A stretch of 63,989 nt of DNA, filler included, from Phoronis australis (GCA_002633005.1; 6 parts of 6 records of this genome joined end to end with filler, not necessarily neighbours in it); one strand, 5' to 3'; counted from the whole stretch's first letter, positions 26,990 to 40,586 are shown. Notes: generated by a model from the sequence alone, not told the origin. A program made the numbers and translations.

Positions 26990-27650
26990 TCTAAATGGCC
27001 ATCAGGTGGTGTAGAATATCAAATCTGTCCGACAATGGGAAGGCGTTGTTGTCTCCTTAATAGAAACCTGTTTGCCGAATTTCATGAATATACATTAATG
27101 TACTCCGAAGACACAGAGATAAACGTAAAAAAATTTTGCCCTTCAGGCTTAGCGATATTTGGATCAGTTTGGAATTTGTCGTCGGCTCATTAGGAACACA
27201 TCTTTCAAATTTCACAAAGCTCCTTCAAAGGCTTAAGGAGATTCAACCGCAGATGCAAAAAACATAATCGCCACTAGGGGGCGACATAGTAGACAGACTT
27301 GTCCGAAAGTCAAGTTGTGGCCTTCTCATCAGAAACACATCTGCAAATTTTCATAATGATCCTTTGTGCAGTACACAAAAATAACAAAAATAGCCACAAT
27401 TAGGTGGGGTAAAATCCGTCGAATCTGTCCAAAAAATGGAATTGGCTGAATTTCACAAAATCCATCAAGGAACTCCGAAGATACAGCGGCTAACGCAAAA
27501 AACTAAAACTGCCACTAGTGGGCACAGCAGTACTCGTCGTCATCTGTCGTCAGCTGCATAAGAATCTGCCAAATTTCAATAAGATCCTGCAAGGGGCTCA
27601 GGAGATAGGGCTGCAGACACTGAACGTCCAGACAGAGATGACGACAATAT
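26990..27650. repeat. Degenerate ~120-bp tandem units (gccactagggggcg...aaatttca...gatcc), TE-internal array; relatives at 25250-25400 and 32300-32600
   Basis: Recurring ccactag(g)gggcg and aaatttcat..gatcc motifs. Confidence 0.55.
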
Positions 27651-28305
27651 GCACTCACATGTAAATATGTAGACAAATAAAAAGTCACTCAACTAGAAAT
27701 AACAATTCCTGCCAGCAGATAATTAATTAGGGGCAGTTATCCTACCAAGGATAAATCATTTTTGCCTAATTGCCAAGCAACTTACAGCACAATACAGGTA
27801 CTTTATGCATCACAGTTGAACAAAAATTCTGTACAGAGTTAAATAGTATTTAGAACACAATAGGACTGCCCCAGACTACACGGTGGTAGAAAGCACATGA
27901 CATGTTTGCAACTCGTAACAATCTTCAAACCTGTAAACAGACTTTTGTCATTGTCGAGGCTAAAAAAACTGTTGAGTAATTCTCAAAGAAGTCATGTTGT
28001 GTACCAACTCAACTGTAATGAATGTGAACAATTTTACACTGGAATGACGAACAGGATTCTCAGCATCAGAGTCAAAGACACACACAGTGCTGTTCTCAAT
28101 CCTTCCTTGACAACTGGTCACACTATAGATTGCTCTGGTGTTCAGATGCTAGACAAGGATAATGCAACCCTCAGGCTACTCATAAAGGAGGCTATGCATA
28201 TATGGTTGAATCATGCTGAGCGTTACCTCAATAGAAACAATGGTTCATTTAAGCTCCAACTGTTTGGATTTCTGGTCTGTCCCTCTCACAATGCATTTTG
28301 ACATG

Positions 28306-28512
28306 TACCTGTACAGTCTCTTCTCTACCTGTACAGTTTCTTCTCTACCTGTACAGTCTCTTCCCTACCTGTACAGTCTCTTCTATACCTGTACAGTCTC
28401 TTCTCTACCTGTACAGTCTCTTCTCTACCTGTACAGTCTCTTCTCTACCTGTACTGTCTCTTCTCTACCTGTACAGTCTCTTCTCTACCTGTACAGTTTC
28501 TTCTTTACCTGT
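28306..28512. repeat. Minisatellite, 20-bp unit acctgtacagtctcttctct, ~10 copies
   Basis: Directly visible. Confidence 0.95.
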
Positions 28513-28537
28513 GTGGCCTGTTTTGAGTCTGTGAAGT

Positions 28538-28584
28538 GTTTCCTTGAGAATGGTTTAGAGGTAATAAACCGAAACGTTGGATAG
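28538..28584 (+). ncRNA. Minimal type-I hammerhead ribozyme (U3-A8 variant) of a PLE
   Basis: ttcc-TTGAGAA-t-GGTTTA-gaggtaa-TAAACC-GAAA-CGTT-gga: intact core, 6-bp stem II, palindromic ACGU stem III, short stem I (TCC/GGA). Confidence 0.65.
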
Positions 28585-30141
28585 ATATGTCGTTATTTAA
28601 TTACGCGCTAATTTTAAAGTTCGTGCTTCTGTTCTGGCCTAAATCAAATGTGATCACATGACCTAGTTTTGGAAATTGACATTGGAAGGACAAATAGAAT
28701 AATGCAACCGAAAAAACTTGTAAAGAATCAGACAACATATAACATGTGAAGTTCCAGTGGTACGAAAACAAGGCAGCAAATGAGCCTGACGGATGTTTAC
28801 GGCATTGTGGGTAAATACAGCGAGATTCGAGTGTCCCTGTGTAATCCGGGGTGGCCCTACTACAGGGTTTATAACTACAACAAAAATCAATAGTCAGAAG
28901 AGATTTACCTTTCCACTTGGACTACCATTAGGAGTGAAATCTCTCATCAGCCAAACCACATTAATCTCATTTTACACAGACAGAAGTCCATTTAACAGAG
29001 AGAAGGTTATGAAGTGACACAAAATCTGAGTCAATCAGCATAGTATTGGATGATAAGTGAAACAGGATACAAGAAAATAATAACATATATGTAACAATTT
29101 GTGGTTAAGGACTTTTGACCATAAGTTTACCTTCTTGCCTTGCCCAAACCACATCAAACCAGTGTGTGATATCAATGTTGACATAGGCAAGTATCTAAAG
29201 ACTCCTCAATAACAACAAAAGTGGAGGTCACCTTGTTTTTGTGACAGTTAGTTATGAAACAATCCACAAATATTGTGACAGTTGAGGCCACAATTTAGCC
29301 ATAGAATCCTAGAAGAGGTATATAAGGAAACTGATGCTGTCAATACGGTGACTTGTTAATAAGCAGTTTCCACACAGGCATATCTTTAGTGACCAAATTC
29401 CCAACAAAACAGTTCATCTTCAGAGTTTGAAACACTACCTAAGGTTCTTTTTCCTAATACACAAATCTAAAGATTTTTAACCTGTATTTTAAAACTTTGT
29501 TTCAAAAGATACATTAAGTTTCAACAACATGACATCTCGGCTTGTGCCGTTTCTAGCTCAAAAACAATAAAAATTCACAAAGTTTTAAGAATCCCTACAA
29601 AAAAGATTAGGTTTATGGAATTAACCATTGCAAAAGGGTGGTGTTTCTGAAAAGGGCGACTTTTTCATAGATGCTCCCTACACTCTTTAAATTGGTGAGT
29701 ATCCTAATTTTCTAGCAGAACCCTCCCCCTCAAAAATATAGTCAAGCACCCTTCAGGTATAAAATACTCAGGCTTAAATTAGCCTGTGGTTGCCTGGTTT
29801 NNNNNNNNNNNNNNNNNNNNNNNNNNNNNNNNNNNNNNNNNNNNTTAATTAATTAANNNNNNNNNNNNNNNNNNNNNNNNNNNNNNNNNNNNNNNNNNNN
29901 AAGATCCTATCTGATGTCTTAGCCAGTTGACCCAGCGCAGACAATCAAGTGCACCCAATACGTAAACAGGTATGCACTCTGTGTGACACTATTGCTTTGA
30001 GCTTTTCCGCTGATATATTTCAACGTTTTAAAGATGACTTGGCAACACCATCTAAATCTCAGTTCTCGCATACAATTAGGCAGTCTGTCGGAGTGAGGTG
30101 GCAAATCAATAAATACGTGATTAAGTTGTTGGTGTCTCGTC

Positions 30142-31308
30142 TCATCGACTACTTGCTTTGTACGGTCTTCTGAACAACAAGATATGAGGTTCTGAAAGAA
30201 GAAAAAATGGACAGACCATGAGCGAAAAGATATCTAAGTATTGTAATCCATGTTCAGGAGCCAGAGTCTAACATCAGTACTCGCAACCGAGCTCAAAATT
30301 AGTCTGTGCTCGAATACAATATGATTTATAGATATATATTTCTAGTCCGAGTTTGCACTTCATCACCCCTATATCTGTGCTACAAGTAGGAACTCAAGAT
30401 TTAAAGTAAAAACTTGAAATTTGGGGTTCAAACTTTAAATCAGGGCAAGCCTCCAAATCTAAGTACTACACTCTGCAAGTGTTGTATGCAACTAGTTTCT
30501 GCAAGTATTGACAGGTTCCATATATCAATTCAGCACAACTAAACACGAAGAAATTTTCTGCAAATGACAAATTTGGGAAAATTGTGCATTGTAGAACCCC
30601 CAAAACTCGTCCCAGTTGCACAAGAAATTTGCACCATAAACTAAACCAAAGAAAGTTTTAAATCGTAAAATTCTTTGCCTTGAGGAGACAATGGTGTCGC
30701 CAATGCACCATTGTATGTCTATGATGTACATCAAGGCATATGTATGTAGCTCACTTTTCGTTCCAAATGCTATCCCTTGAGTTTATGTCCTGGACTCATA
30801 TACGTAAATCTCTGGAAGCTGGGTGACTGCATTACACCTTGCAGTTCCAGTGTCATCTTCTCCGGCATGACATGACCTACCTGGTATGTGCACCATGTAG
30901 TGTTCCCAGCCAGGTGACTGCTGCACGCCAAGGTTGCGCCACTCCGTCTCCGACATCAGATGGTTCCTTGGCACAAACTTGGAAATTTCCTTTGGCAGCA
31001 CCACATGTCTAAAATTATGAATGGCGATGTAAAAGAAAAGGAGAATACAAGATCAACCATTTGAGATTTTAACAGTGTAACCCCCAAAAGCATCACAGAA
31101 GGCAGCGCAGAGCTTCAGGCAAATTTCCCCACCAAAGCTCCACCCATACTTAAGTACAGTCAAATGTTGTGCCTGTTGCCCCAAACCCAAATATGGATAG
31201 AGGGTGGAGTCCTACCAGTTAATTTATGCACAGCACAACTCACCTGTACTCGTAGTGCTCATCCATGTACTTCTCGGAGTATGATATGTTTTCTATGGCA
31301 GTAGACAT
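30142..31308 (-). CDS. CKS1: Cyclin-dependent kinases regulatory subunit (CKS1/CKS2 family), complete 80-aa CDS; exons 31244-31308, 30881-31008, 30142-30191
   Basis: [80 protein letters not shown]; GT-AG introns; 65+128+50 = 243 nt; HxPEPH hinge. Confidence 0.97.
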
Positions 31309-31561
31309 TGTGAACAACCACACAACACGCCTTTATTCATTGAAAGCTGAAAAGAAAACATTTGAATAAAATTGATAAAGCTGCTAGCTAGTAAGAAAGT
31401 GACATTGACCCCTGACAAAGCACCAACAGGCATTAAAATCATACGGTTTTTGCAAGTTTTATTTTCAGATTTGGAACAGTAGCAACACAGAAATAGGAAT
31501 AACTCAAGGCCAACTTAGAGAGACCTTGACTTCAGTTACATGAACTAAGGTGGGAGCTCAC

Positions 31562-31680
31562 AAGCTGTAATAAAATTTATTCTTCCCAGATCATTGCTTG
31601 TTTCTTTAACCATGGGCATTGGACTACAATTAACAACTGAAACGTCTCGGAAGTGGACGATAGGGGATATGACGTCATAC
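31562..31680 (-). promoter_or_regulatory. Candidate CKS1 non-coding first exon and promoter
   Basis: Strong 5'UTR acceptor at 31347-31348; GTGAGC donor at 31561; CGGAAGTG (ETS-like, 31648-31655) and TGACGTCA (CRE-like, 31670-31677); the motifs could instead belong to a small MITE. Confidence 0.35.
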
Positions 31681-33492
31681 TACCTGCCACACGCTGTTTT
31701 TAAAAATGGCCAGTTTCCAATATTGGGGACTGAACAAAGGACTGCTCGAAGAAAAAGTTTGAAAACGGCAGTATTTGTTTGCCTATAGGAACTACACCGT
31801 CTCTATTTAGCCAGCTATAGACCGCGGTCACTGTCTATGGCGATAAAGAGTATTTGACTACTTTGCTCGAGTTGGAAGTTGACGGCCTCCTAAAAGGTGT
31901 CCCTCAATGCACAAAATGTACTTATAACAATGTGACTTTGATTTTCTAGTCAGTGTTAGATTATGGCGTATGAAGCTCCGATTAGAGCTCCAACGTCTGT
32001 ACTCCACTGTCAAGATTGAAATAAGCAGCAATAAGCTCCCAGGAGCAGATGAGCAGAACTACTTAGGTGTTGTGCAATTTCGAGGTGAATTATAGGCTAC
32101 ACAAAGTTCACATGCATCAGTTCTTAGCTGTGTTTTGACACTAGTCTTCAACTCTTCACACAACTAGCTGGGTGCACAGGTGCTCGAACTTCCCGATGAC
32201 TCATAACCACATATATGAAACACAAGAGCAATGCGGAGCGTTGAAATGCACCCACGAATGCATTTCAAATGGTGTGCTTTTAGGGTTATTTATTTGTATC
32301 ATAAAAATGGCCACTAGATGGTGCAATAACATACAATCCATCCAAACACAGGAACATGCCATATTTCATAAAAATCTGTCAAGGAACTTCAGAGAAACAA
32401 AGGAAAACAGAATAAAATGAAATTGCCACCAGTTGGATCTGCCTGAAAGTCGTCGTCGTCTGTTGTTATCTTCATATAAATATACTTACTAAATTTAGTA
32501 AAGATCCTACAGTGGGTTTAGGAGATACAACTATGGGCGCAAAACAAAACTACCACTAGGAGGCGCCACAGTAGTCAGTCACCATCATCAAAGGTCGTCT
32601 TCATAAAAACAATCTATTCCCAAGTTTGGAGCGCATTGTAAAAAGGCTGATGTCCGATGTTGTCGGCAACTTGTTGGTACTTTGTTGATTGAAAGGTTCG
32701 GCACCGTTCATTAACTGCACAGGAATTTGCACTTCGTTGACAGGCCGCGTTATCACCACGGTTTGTATCTGTAGTTGGATTATTTGTCGTACCAGCATCT
32801 GAATCAATGTCTGTATTTGGCTGAGCAAAATCCCGAAATTACTCCCCCCGGAAACACAAACTTTTGGGATAGACACAGTGAAGAGTTGTAACGGCTTGCC
32901 AGTTTTTCACAGNGTCTGTATCTGGCTGAGCAAAATCCCGAAATTACTCCCCCCGGAAACGCAAACTTTTGGGATAGACACAGTGAAGAGTTGTAACGGC
33001 TTGCCAGTTTTTCACAGGGTGCAATCATAAATATTGGACCACCCAAACAAACTCGGCGAAAGCGTTTTTATTCATATGTATGTTGAGCTGCCGGTAACAC
33101 CGATCTGTGTCACGGGGCGCGCAGAATATTGAAAAATGCACTTTTTGGGCATTAAATTCCTCATTTCTGAAATTACTGATGGCCTATTTCTTTGAGCGAC
33201 TGCCGACCAGCTGTTAATATTGAGAGAAGTGGTCATCATTTCAAGCTTTTTTTAAATTTTGCCAACACAACACTTTCTTAATTCTGGCCGATCCCGTTGA
33301 ACCCGTCCAAAATAACATTCTTGCCGTCCAACAGAAGGCCGCTGCATAAACCCTTGCTTGGGAGTCCGATTATTTTATACTTTGAAACGTACAGTTGTAT
33401 ATTTTAACGAATAAAATTTTTTAATGTGTATGACGTGACTTCCGTGTGTAACGCGTATATAGCTCTTCTAAATTACAAACTCTGAACTGAAT

Positions 33493-33563
33493 GTCTCGTG
33501 GTCTAGAGGTTTAGAGCAAATTTGCTACGTCATATGACCAAGGTACGATACCCGGTGTCTTCA
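33493..33563 (+). other. tRNA-like pseudogene or SINE head
   Basis: A-box-like TGGTCTAGAGG and degenerate B-box GGTACGATACCCGG; no clean cloverleaf. Confidence 0.4.
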
Positions 33564-33980
33564 GCAAAATTTTTGAGTAACAAATTTGTATTGAATGAAA
33601 CAAAAATTATGAACTTGTTGAATCAAATAATCGTGGAGAGCGGAAAAAGATTAGAAAATTAATAAACGTAGAGACCCAAATAAGCGTCGTATAGACCGGA
33701 AAACGAGTCTGAAAAAAATAATCGTATAGATACGGCTATTCGAAACTCGAGAGTATCTTGTATTTGATCTTGACATCATGAGCTACTCTTTGTTGAAGCA
33801 CAACGAACACTCAGTTTTTGGCAGACATTTCCGATGTCTGACCACATGTTAAGTCGCAGTAAATCACCATCAGTAAATGCCGGATTTCGCAGTAGTCCAG
33901 AGATAAAAGCCAGCAACCCGTGGTACCACGAGTATAAACAATGTTGTTTTGCATAATAAGAGTTTAATTACATTCAAACT

Positions 33981-35284
33981 GATACTAATTTATTTGCTGG
34001 GTACATACTAATTGATCTGTCTAAGGCTTTTGATTGCCTCCCCCATGAGCTACTTGTTGTCAAACTAAAAGCCTATGGCTGCACATTGAATACCTGTAAC
34101 CTCATAATGTCCTATCTCAGTGATGGAAGGATGAGAGTTAAAATTGGCTCCACTGTCAGTGACTGGTTAAATGTCCCCAAGGGCGTTCCTCAAGGGTCTG
34201 TCTTAGGCCCCATGTTATTCAACATTTCTATCAATGATATATTTTACGCTATAAGTGGTCACTGTAAGTTATATAATTACGCTAATGACAATACCCTCTT
34301 GCAAGCAGGCTCCTCTTTATCTGCAGTTCGCCTCAGCCTCAAGGTAGCTGGGCAGATGGCAATGGATTGGTTCTCCTCTAATGGAATGGCTGTAAACCCT
34401 GGTTAATTTAAGTCAATCATCTTTTCTAGGAATCGTGTACATAATAATGATAGGTATCTCATGTCTATGATTGAGTAGAGTCCGTTAAGATGCTAGCCGT
34501 CCAACTTGATAGCCAGTTAAAATTCCATGAGCATGTTGATGTTATTTTCAAAAAAACTTCTAGACAAATGAATGCCTTGTTCCGTCTTCGTAATGTTTTA
34601 GGCATTAACAGTAAGCTTAAGTTATATTAAGCATTTATAAGATCCTATTTTAATCACTGCCCCCTCGTTTGGCACCTATGTTTAATACAGAAAAGTAGGA
34701 AAATGGAAAAGATACAACACCATGCTTTAAAATTTGTGTTCAATGACAGCGAGTCAAGCTACTCACAACTCTTAGATAAGGCTAGGAGCTGCTCTCTAAC
34801 TAGTTGGCGGATGAAATGTTTATCTATTGAAGTATTCAAAAATGTTCATATTATTGGACCCTGTCCTTTGTCAGGAAAGCTTGAATTTAGAGAGTCTGGA
34901 TACGGTCTCAGAGGTGAAAACTGTCTCTATGTGAAACGCTTTAATACGATGACTTACGGATGTAACTCAATTTCCTATAAAGGTACTTTGCTATGGAACT
35001 CTTTGCCATCAGTAATGAGACAATGTACTGCCTTAAATGAATTTGCCACTCTTGCTCATGATTTTTTCTCTGAGATCGACTCTTGTGAAAACTGATACGG
35101 ATGTCTACACGCTCTGTAACATATATGTGTACTTTTGTATTTATATTTATGTTTAAGTTAGTATTTTAGTTCTGTATCTTCAATTTGTAGATTATAAATT
35201 TGTCAGATAATAGCACTTGTGCTAACGTTTCATTGTTAAATCTCACGGACTTTTAAATAAAGATTATTACTACTACTACAACTA
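33981..35284 (+). mobile_element. 5'-truncated, decayed CR1/L2-group LINE (RT C-terminal half, 3' UTR, (TAC/TAT)n tail)
   Basis: IDLSKAFDCLPH, GVPQGSVLGPMLFNI, YANDNTL (mutated YADD), stops and frameshifts; AATAAA then attattactactactac. Confidence 0.93.
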
Positions 35285-35339
35285 TGCAGAGGGCACTCAA
35301 ATAACATTCATAGGCACGCAAAAACAGAGCTCCGGAATA

Positions 35340-35970
35340 AGGTGTATTCCACAGTATTCGTTTTGTTACAGATGTGACATTCAGACACTTTAAATTCCAA
35401 TATAAAATTAGTGAAACATCACAGTAGTAAGAAATTTTAAGTACACATTACACACTTGATGGAAGCACTTCAGGTATCAACAGTTTTTAATTCTGCACAT
35501 TATAAGTGTACTAAAATTTACTTTTAATTAGTGTTACAGATGTGACCGAAAATGCCATGGTTAATATGCTAATGGTGGTTTGTCTAAAAATTCTGTTCTG
35601 TCTTTCATATTATGGAACTAGTTTCCCTATAGATAATTTAACTATTTATTTGGCTATAACATGAAGAAAAGGTTTTTCAACTAAAATCAAGTCTTTGTAT
35701 AATTATGAGCAATTTAAAAAAACCATGTGCGTTACAGATGTGACTGTTACAGATGTGACTGTTTGGCACTTGCACTATACAGAGTTGTAGAATGCAATTT
35801 TAATGAAAACAAAGCTAATAAAATCACATTAAGTGCATGTAAGGGTTGTGGGTAAACTACATGTATTTTAGTGTTTTTGATAGATGGAGTCTTAAAATTT
35901 ACTTTGCTTGTTTGCGTACACCTGTGTTTTGAGCTTCATTATGAAATTGTGGTCACTGAGAGAAAAATAC
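35340..35970. mobile_element. DNA-transposon-like repeat with four GTTACAGATGTGAC subterminal motifs
   Basis: Motif near 35365, 35533, 35731 and 35746; left end AGGTGTATTCCACAGTATT has an inverted match at ~38125-38143. Confidence 0.5.
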
Positions 35971-36284
35971 AACAACTGAACCAAGTAAGTCCTTAAACCA
36001 CCTTGAAAAAGTTGAGTTTAGTAACAGAAGTAAATCAGGTACAACTAAGACTAACATAAACACTCATGCAGGTATAATTACGAAGTGACGTGAAATGCTG
36101 ACATCACGTACTGAGCTAAAATCTTAGGATTAAATGTTCGTTTAGGCTGCGACAGTTGCTAGTCCTTGTAAATTATTCTGAGCAATGATCGATATGCAGA
36201 ACAGGCAGTTTTTTGGTTATTTGGTCCAAGTCAATCCATGTGGTGTCGTCTTGTGCTGGTAAACTGAACGCAGTCTTGTTACTA

Positions 36285-37260
36285 TCTGTTTTTCTCATGA
36301 CAGTGACTTTGATACCATCTCTTTCAACCATCATGGTCTATGCAACGTTTGAGCTCCTAGGACACGTTGTTCCATCGAAATTGGAATCCTAGCGTGAAAC
36401 AAATATCCCGGAGTCAAAACAGCTAACCAGCCCGAAAAACAAACCCGGCTTTTGAAACGCGAACCCCAGTGATCAAATGGGGAACCTTGACAATTTTTCA
36501 AATTTTCTAAGACAACGTCAATAGCCTCAAACTGAGCATTTTCTAGTACTTTCCATTTGTTTTCTGAATTTGTTAAAGATTAGCAATAATAAAACGTAAC
36601 TTACGTTATGTTGACTTGTTGCTTAAAACTCGTGCAATTTGTGGTCAGCAACTTTTCTGTTCTTGTCCTCAAGAAGAGTTACTTCAACTCCTCAATGATC
36701 ACTAAATTTGGAATCGGAATTTCTGAACTCTACGCATTCACATGCTTTTTTGGTAGATAATCCCTTAGAATTCTGTGACCCTTGTGGCATCCACCACTCA
36801 AGCACATGCCATTTTACATTGTTCACCCTGTCTATTACACTGTACACACGTCCGCGATTTAAGAATGAACACTTTTTTTGCTACAGATCAGTCCTAAGCT
36901 GTTTAAAACAACATATCACATCAACTATTTAAAATAGGAAGATTTATTGTTTCATCAAAATGTGAAATTGATACAAGTCGTATGAACACAGAGTGCTAAT
37001 AAAAGCACTATTTTCTTGCAATAAACAATGTTGGAAAGCAAGTACAGGAGTGGTGATTCGGTCTGGGATGTCCTGTCCGATCCCCAGGGTTTCTGTTTTA
37101 GAGGTCCGGGTTTGTGTTTTTCGGGCTGGTAAGCTGTTTTGAAGGTGCGGTAGTACGTTTTTGACTCAGGTCTATCTGCTTAACACCAGTTTTGATGGAA
37201 CATCTTGCTTGAAACAAATACTTCGGAACTCAACAACCACAAAATCACTGACAGAAAAAA
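36285..37260. repeat. Long imperfect inverted repeat (MITE or foldback-like)
   Basis: caaaacagctaaccagcccgaaaaacaaacccgg (~36415-36448) is the reverse complement of ~37107-37141; flanking blocks also mirror. Confidence 0.6.
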
Positions 37261-39771
37261 CACGAATTAGTCCCTCTGATGAAGGGGGATATGCCTCCGG
37301 TGAAGTGGGCGGATTTTCAGCTTGTGCTTTGGGTGAAGTTTGTGNNNNNNNNNNNNNNNNNNNNNNNNNNNNNNNNNNNNNNNNNNNNNNNNNNNNNNNN
37401 NNNNNNNNNNNNNNNNNNNNNNNNNNNNNNNNNNNNNNNNNNNNNNNNNNNNNNNNNNNNNNNNNNNNNNNNNNNNNNNNNNNNNNNNNNNNNNNNNNNN
37501 NNNNNNNNNNNNNNNNNNNNNNNNNNNNNNNNNNNNNNNNNNNNNNNNNNNNNNNNNNNNNNNNNNNNNNNNNNNNNNNNNNNNNNNNNNNNNNNNNNNN
37601 NNNNNNNNNNNNNNNNNNNNNNNNNNNNNNNNNNNNNNNNNNNNNNNNNNNNNNNNNNNNNNNNNNNNNNNNNNNNNNNNNNNNNNNNNNNNNNNNNNNN
37701 NNNNNNNNNNNNNNNNNNNNNNNNNNNNNNNNNNNNNNNNNNNNNNNNNNNNNNNNNNNNNNNNNNNNNNNNNNNNNNNNNNNNNNNNNNNNNNNNNNNN
37801 NNNNNNNNNNNNNNNNNNNNNNNNNNNNNNNNNNNNNNNNNNNNNNNNNNNNNNNNNNNNNNNNNNNNNNNNNNNNNNNNNNNNNNNNNNNNNNNNNNNN
37901 NNNNNNNNNNNNNNNNNNNNNNNNNNNNNNNNNNNNNNNNNNNNNNNNNNNNNNNNNNNNNNNNNNNNNNNNNNNNNNNNNNNNNNNNNNNNNNNNNNNN
38001 NNNNNNNNNNNNNNNNNNNNNNNNNNNNNNNNNNNNNNNNNNNNNNNNNNNNNNNNNNNNNNNNNNNGTAAACATCAAAATGAAAGTTAAAAGGCTGATT
38101 TGAAATTTTTAAGTCCATGGCACAAATACCGTGGAATGCACCTGTAACAGTCGTTTGAGTTGTGCTTGCTCATGTTTTTGGTTTTGTTGTCGACCTCACC
38201 TTTAAATTTTTATTCGATTTTGCCAAATGTTGTTCCTGAGAACGCTTTGACAAAGTACTGCCTTTTTCTTGAACTTGTCACACTTAAAACGTTCTACAAA
38301 TACTTTGTTTTTCATTATGACCTGACATTTCTCAGTGTGCACTTTGTTAACCTGTTTATTGAACTGGCTGGTCATCAATATCCCACCCACTGTTTATGTG
38401 CTTTATGCCTATTTCCTTCAGTGACCCTACATACTCTATTGTTTTAAATACTTGTTTGTGCCACTATTTTAATTGTGAATAATATCACTCGACTGACTGT
38501 AATTGTGAATAATATCACTCGACTGTAAGGCATGTATTTGACTGGAATTGTGAATAATATCACTCGACTGTAAGGCATGTATTTNTATTTGACTGTAAAA
38601 ATTGCAGCATCTAAGATTATTTTTATTTATAGGTGAATATGTTCTGTTTAATGGGTTTAATAAATAACCATTACAAATTTATGTTATGTGTTGGTTTTTG
38701 AAAATAAGATCAAACTGTGTCAAACCATCACTGTTTGGCACTTCTACTCAGTGACAATGAGTCACTTAAAAGTAATCTATAGGTATTACTTTTGTATCTC
38801 TCTTCTCTCAACTGACAAGCTTGATGTGGGACTTGAACCTCATTGGGTCCATCATTGTACCCTTCTGTTTGAGCATTGTTTCAGAAAGCACATGACAAAT
38901 GATATTTGATACTGCGTAGGTCATGCTGTTATTGTGTTATATCTCAAGGCTGTATAGGAGATAAGGGAATGTGTCCCCAAATGACTGAGTCCCAAGCGAT
39001 GGCTTGGAGGCGAGGGTGGTTGCAATTTTGGGGTGATACTGAGTTTGAACATAGCTGCAAATTTCATCTTCCTACCAACCTGCATGTGATTGACCTTTGC
39101 AAGGTAGATGTTAATCTACCATATGCTCTTGTCCAGATAGATATTGTACGACCTATTGTATCCCAAGTGGCCAAAGTGTAAAGTAGTGATGTAGTTCTGA
39201 CAGGCTATCCAACTATCCAAATCATTAAATGTTCTCGTTTTTTACTTGAATTTTGATTTTTATGCTTGTGAAAAAAGTGAAAGTTGGTTCCTTGAAGAAT
39301 TAGTACAGTACAAGTTAAAGTGTGCGTTTCACCGGCTGAAGCATTATGGGTATCACGTGATGCCAGGGATTTTGATGCATAGCTATTTTCAATTGGAAGA
39401 TTTCGTAAAACCAGCTTTATCATTAGCGACAATGACGGTTGTTTTTCAAGTGCATATTGGGACAATTGTCTGCTTGTAAACATGTGCTAACATTACTGAA
39501 AACTTGTGTATAAATCAGGGTGAACATGCTCTGCTAGTAATGCATGACAATATCTTGCAAAGTCATGGTAATCTTGCGTTTCTCATGTCTCTGAAATGCA
39601 GGTCTACTTGTAGTGTTTTAGGTGGTGAAATTTAACTTAGCATGGGGAATCTGTCCCAAAATATTTGCTGTTTATATGCATTTGTGGCTCACTTCATTTA
39701 GTCATATTCTCACTAAAAAGCTTGTTGTAGTGGACCCCTACTTTCTAATATGATGGTGACAATCAAGTTTT

Positions 39772-40298
39772 CTGTGATGTCGCTGCATGTTTTCTGTGAT
39801 GTCACTGCATGTTTCCTGTGATGTCGCTGCATGTTTCCTGTGATGTCGCTGCATGTTTCCTGTGATGTCGCTGCATGTTTCCTGTGATGTCGCTGCATGT
39901 TTCCTGTGATGTCGCTGCATGTTTCCTGTGATGTCGCTGCATGTTTCCTGTGATGTCGCTGCATGTTTCCTGTGATGTCGCTGCATGTTTCCTGTGATGT
40001 CGCTGCATGTTTCCTGTGATGTCGCTGCATGTTTCCTGTGATGTCGCTGCATGTTTCCTGTGATGTCGCTGCATGTTTCCTGTGATGTCGCTGCATGTTT
40101 CCTGTGATGTCGCTGCATGTTTCCTGTGATGTCGCTGCATGTTTCCTGTGATGTCGCTGCATGTTTCCTGTGATGTCGCTGCTTGCTTTCCGTGATGTCG
40201 TTGCTTGCTTTCCGTGATGTCGCTGCATGCTCTCCGTGATGTCGCTGCATGCTTTCTGTGATGTCACTGCATATTTTCTGTGATGTCACTGCATGTTT
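39772..40298. repeat. Minisatellite, 22-bp unit ctgtgatgtcgctgcatgtttc, ~24 copies
   Basis: Directly visible; explains the three overlapping repetitive ORFs. Confidence 0.97.
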
Positions 40299-40467
40299 TA
40301 GGTCGATATTTGTCCCATGATGCAGTTGAACAATGACATCAAACAAAGGATAATGTTGCTTTATGAAGAAAGTTTCTTGATACCGAGAATGCTGTACTTT
40401 AGCTATATATTTGATTGTAATTCACACGTGTTTGTGAAAGTGATTGTGTATCTCTGCTGTATTCCAG

Positions 40468-40586
40468 CTCGTAATGGTTCAGTAGTATCACCCTTCCATG
40501 ATATCCCACTGTTGGCCCAGAATGACGACAAGAAAGTGTATAACATGGTAGTAGAAGTGCCGCGCTGGACGAATGCAAAGATGGAG
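40468..40586 (+). CDS. PPA1: Internal exon of soluble inorganic pyrophosphatase (family I, PPA1/PPA2-like)
   Basis: [39 protein letters not shown]; cag acceptor, gt donor; other exons not found and may lie in gaps. Confidence 0.9.

Larger units (their letters stand above)
27897..28620 (+). mobile_element. 3' fragment of a third Penelope-like element: GIY-YIG endonuclease, 3' UTR minisatellite and hammerhead
   Basis: SHVVYQLNCNECEQFYTGMTNRILSIRVK...LLIKEAMHI...LNRNNG. Confidence 0.85.

Noticed and set aside
28213-28584. Hydrophobic repetitive ORFs (LYLYSLFSTCTVSSLPVQS)
   Set aside because: Translation of the 20-bp minisatellite
32809-33017. ~104-bp tandem duplication (and a 17-bp one at ~62848-62882)
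   Set aside because: Copies are separated by a single N, typical of overlapping contig ends
37161-38118. Five 240-310 aa ORFs
   Set aside because: They only span the N gap
39713-40346. Three long overlapping repetitive ORFs; CRISPR-like look
   Set aside because: Stop-free 22-bp minisatellite with no unique spacers; eukaryotic context
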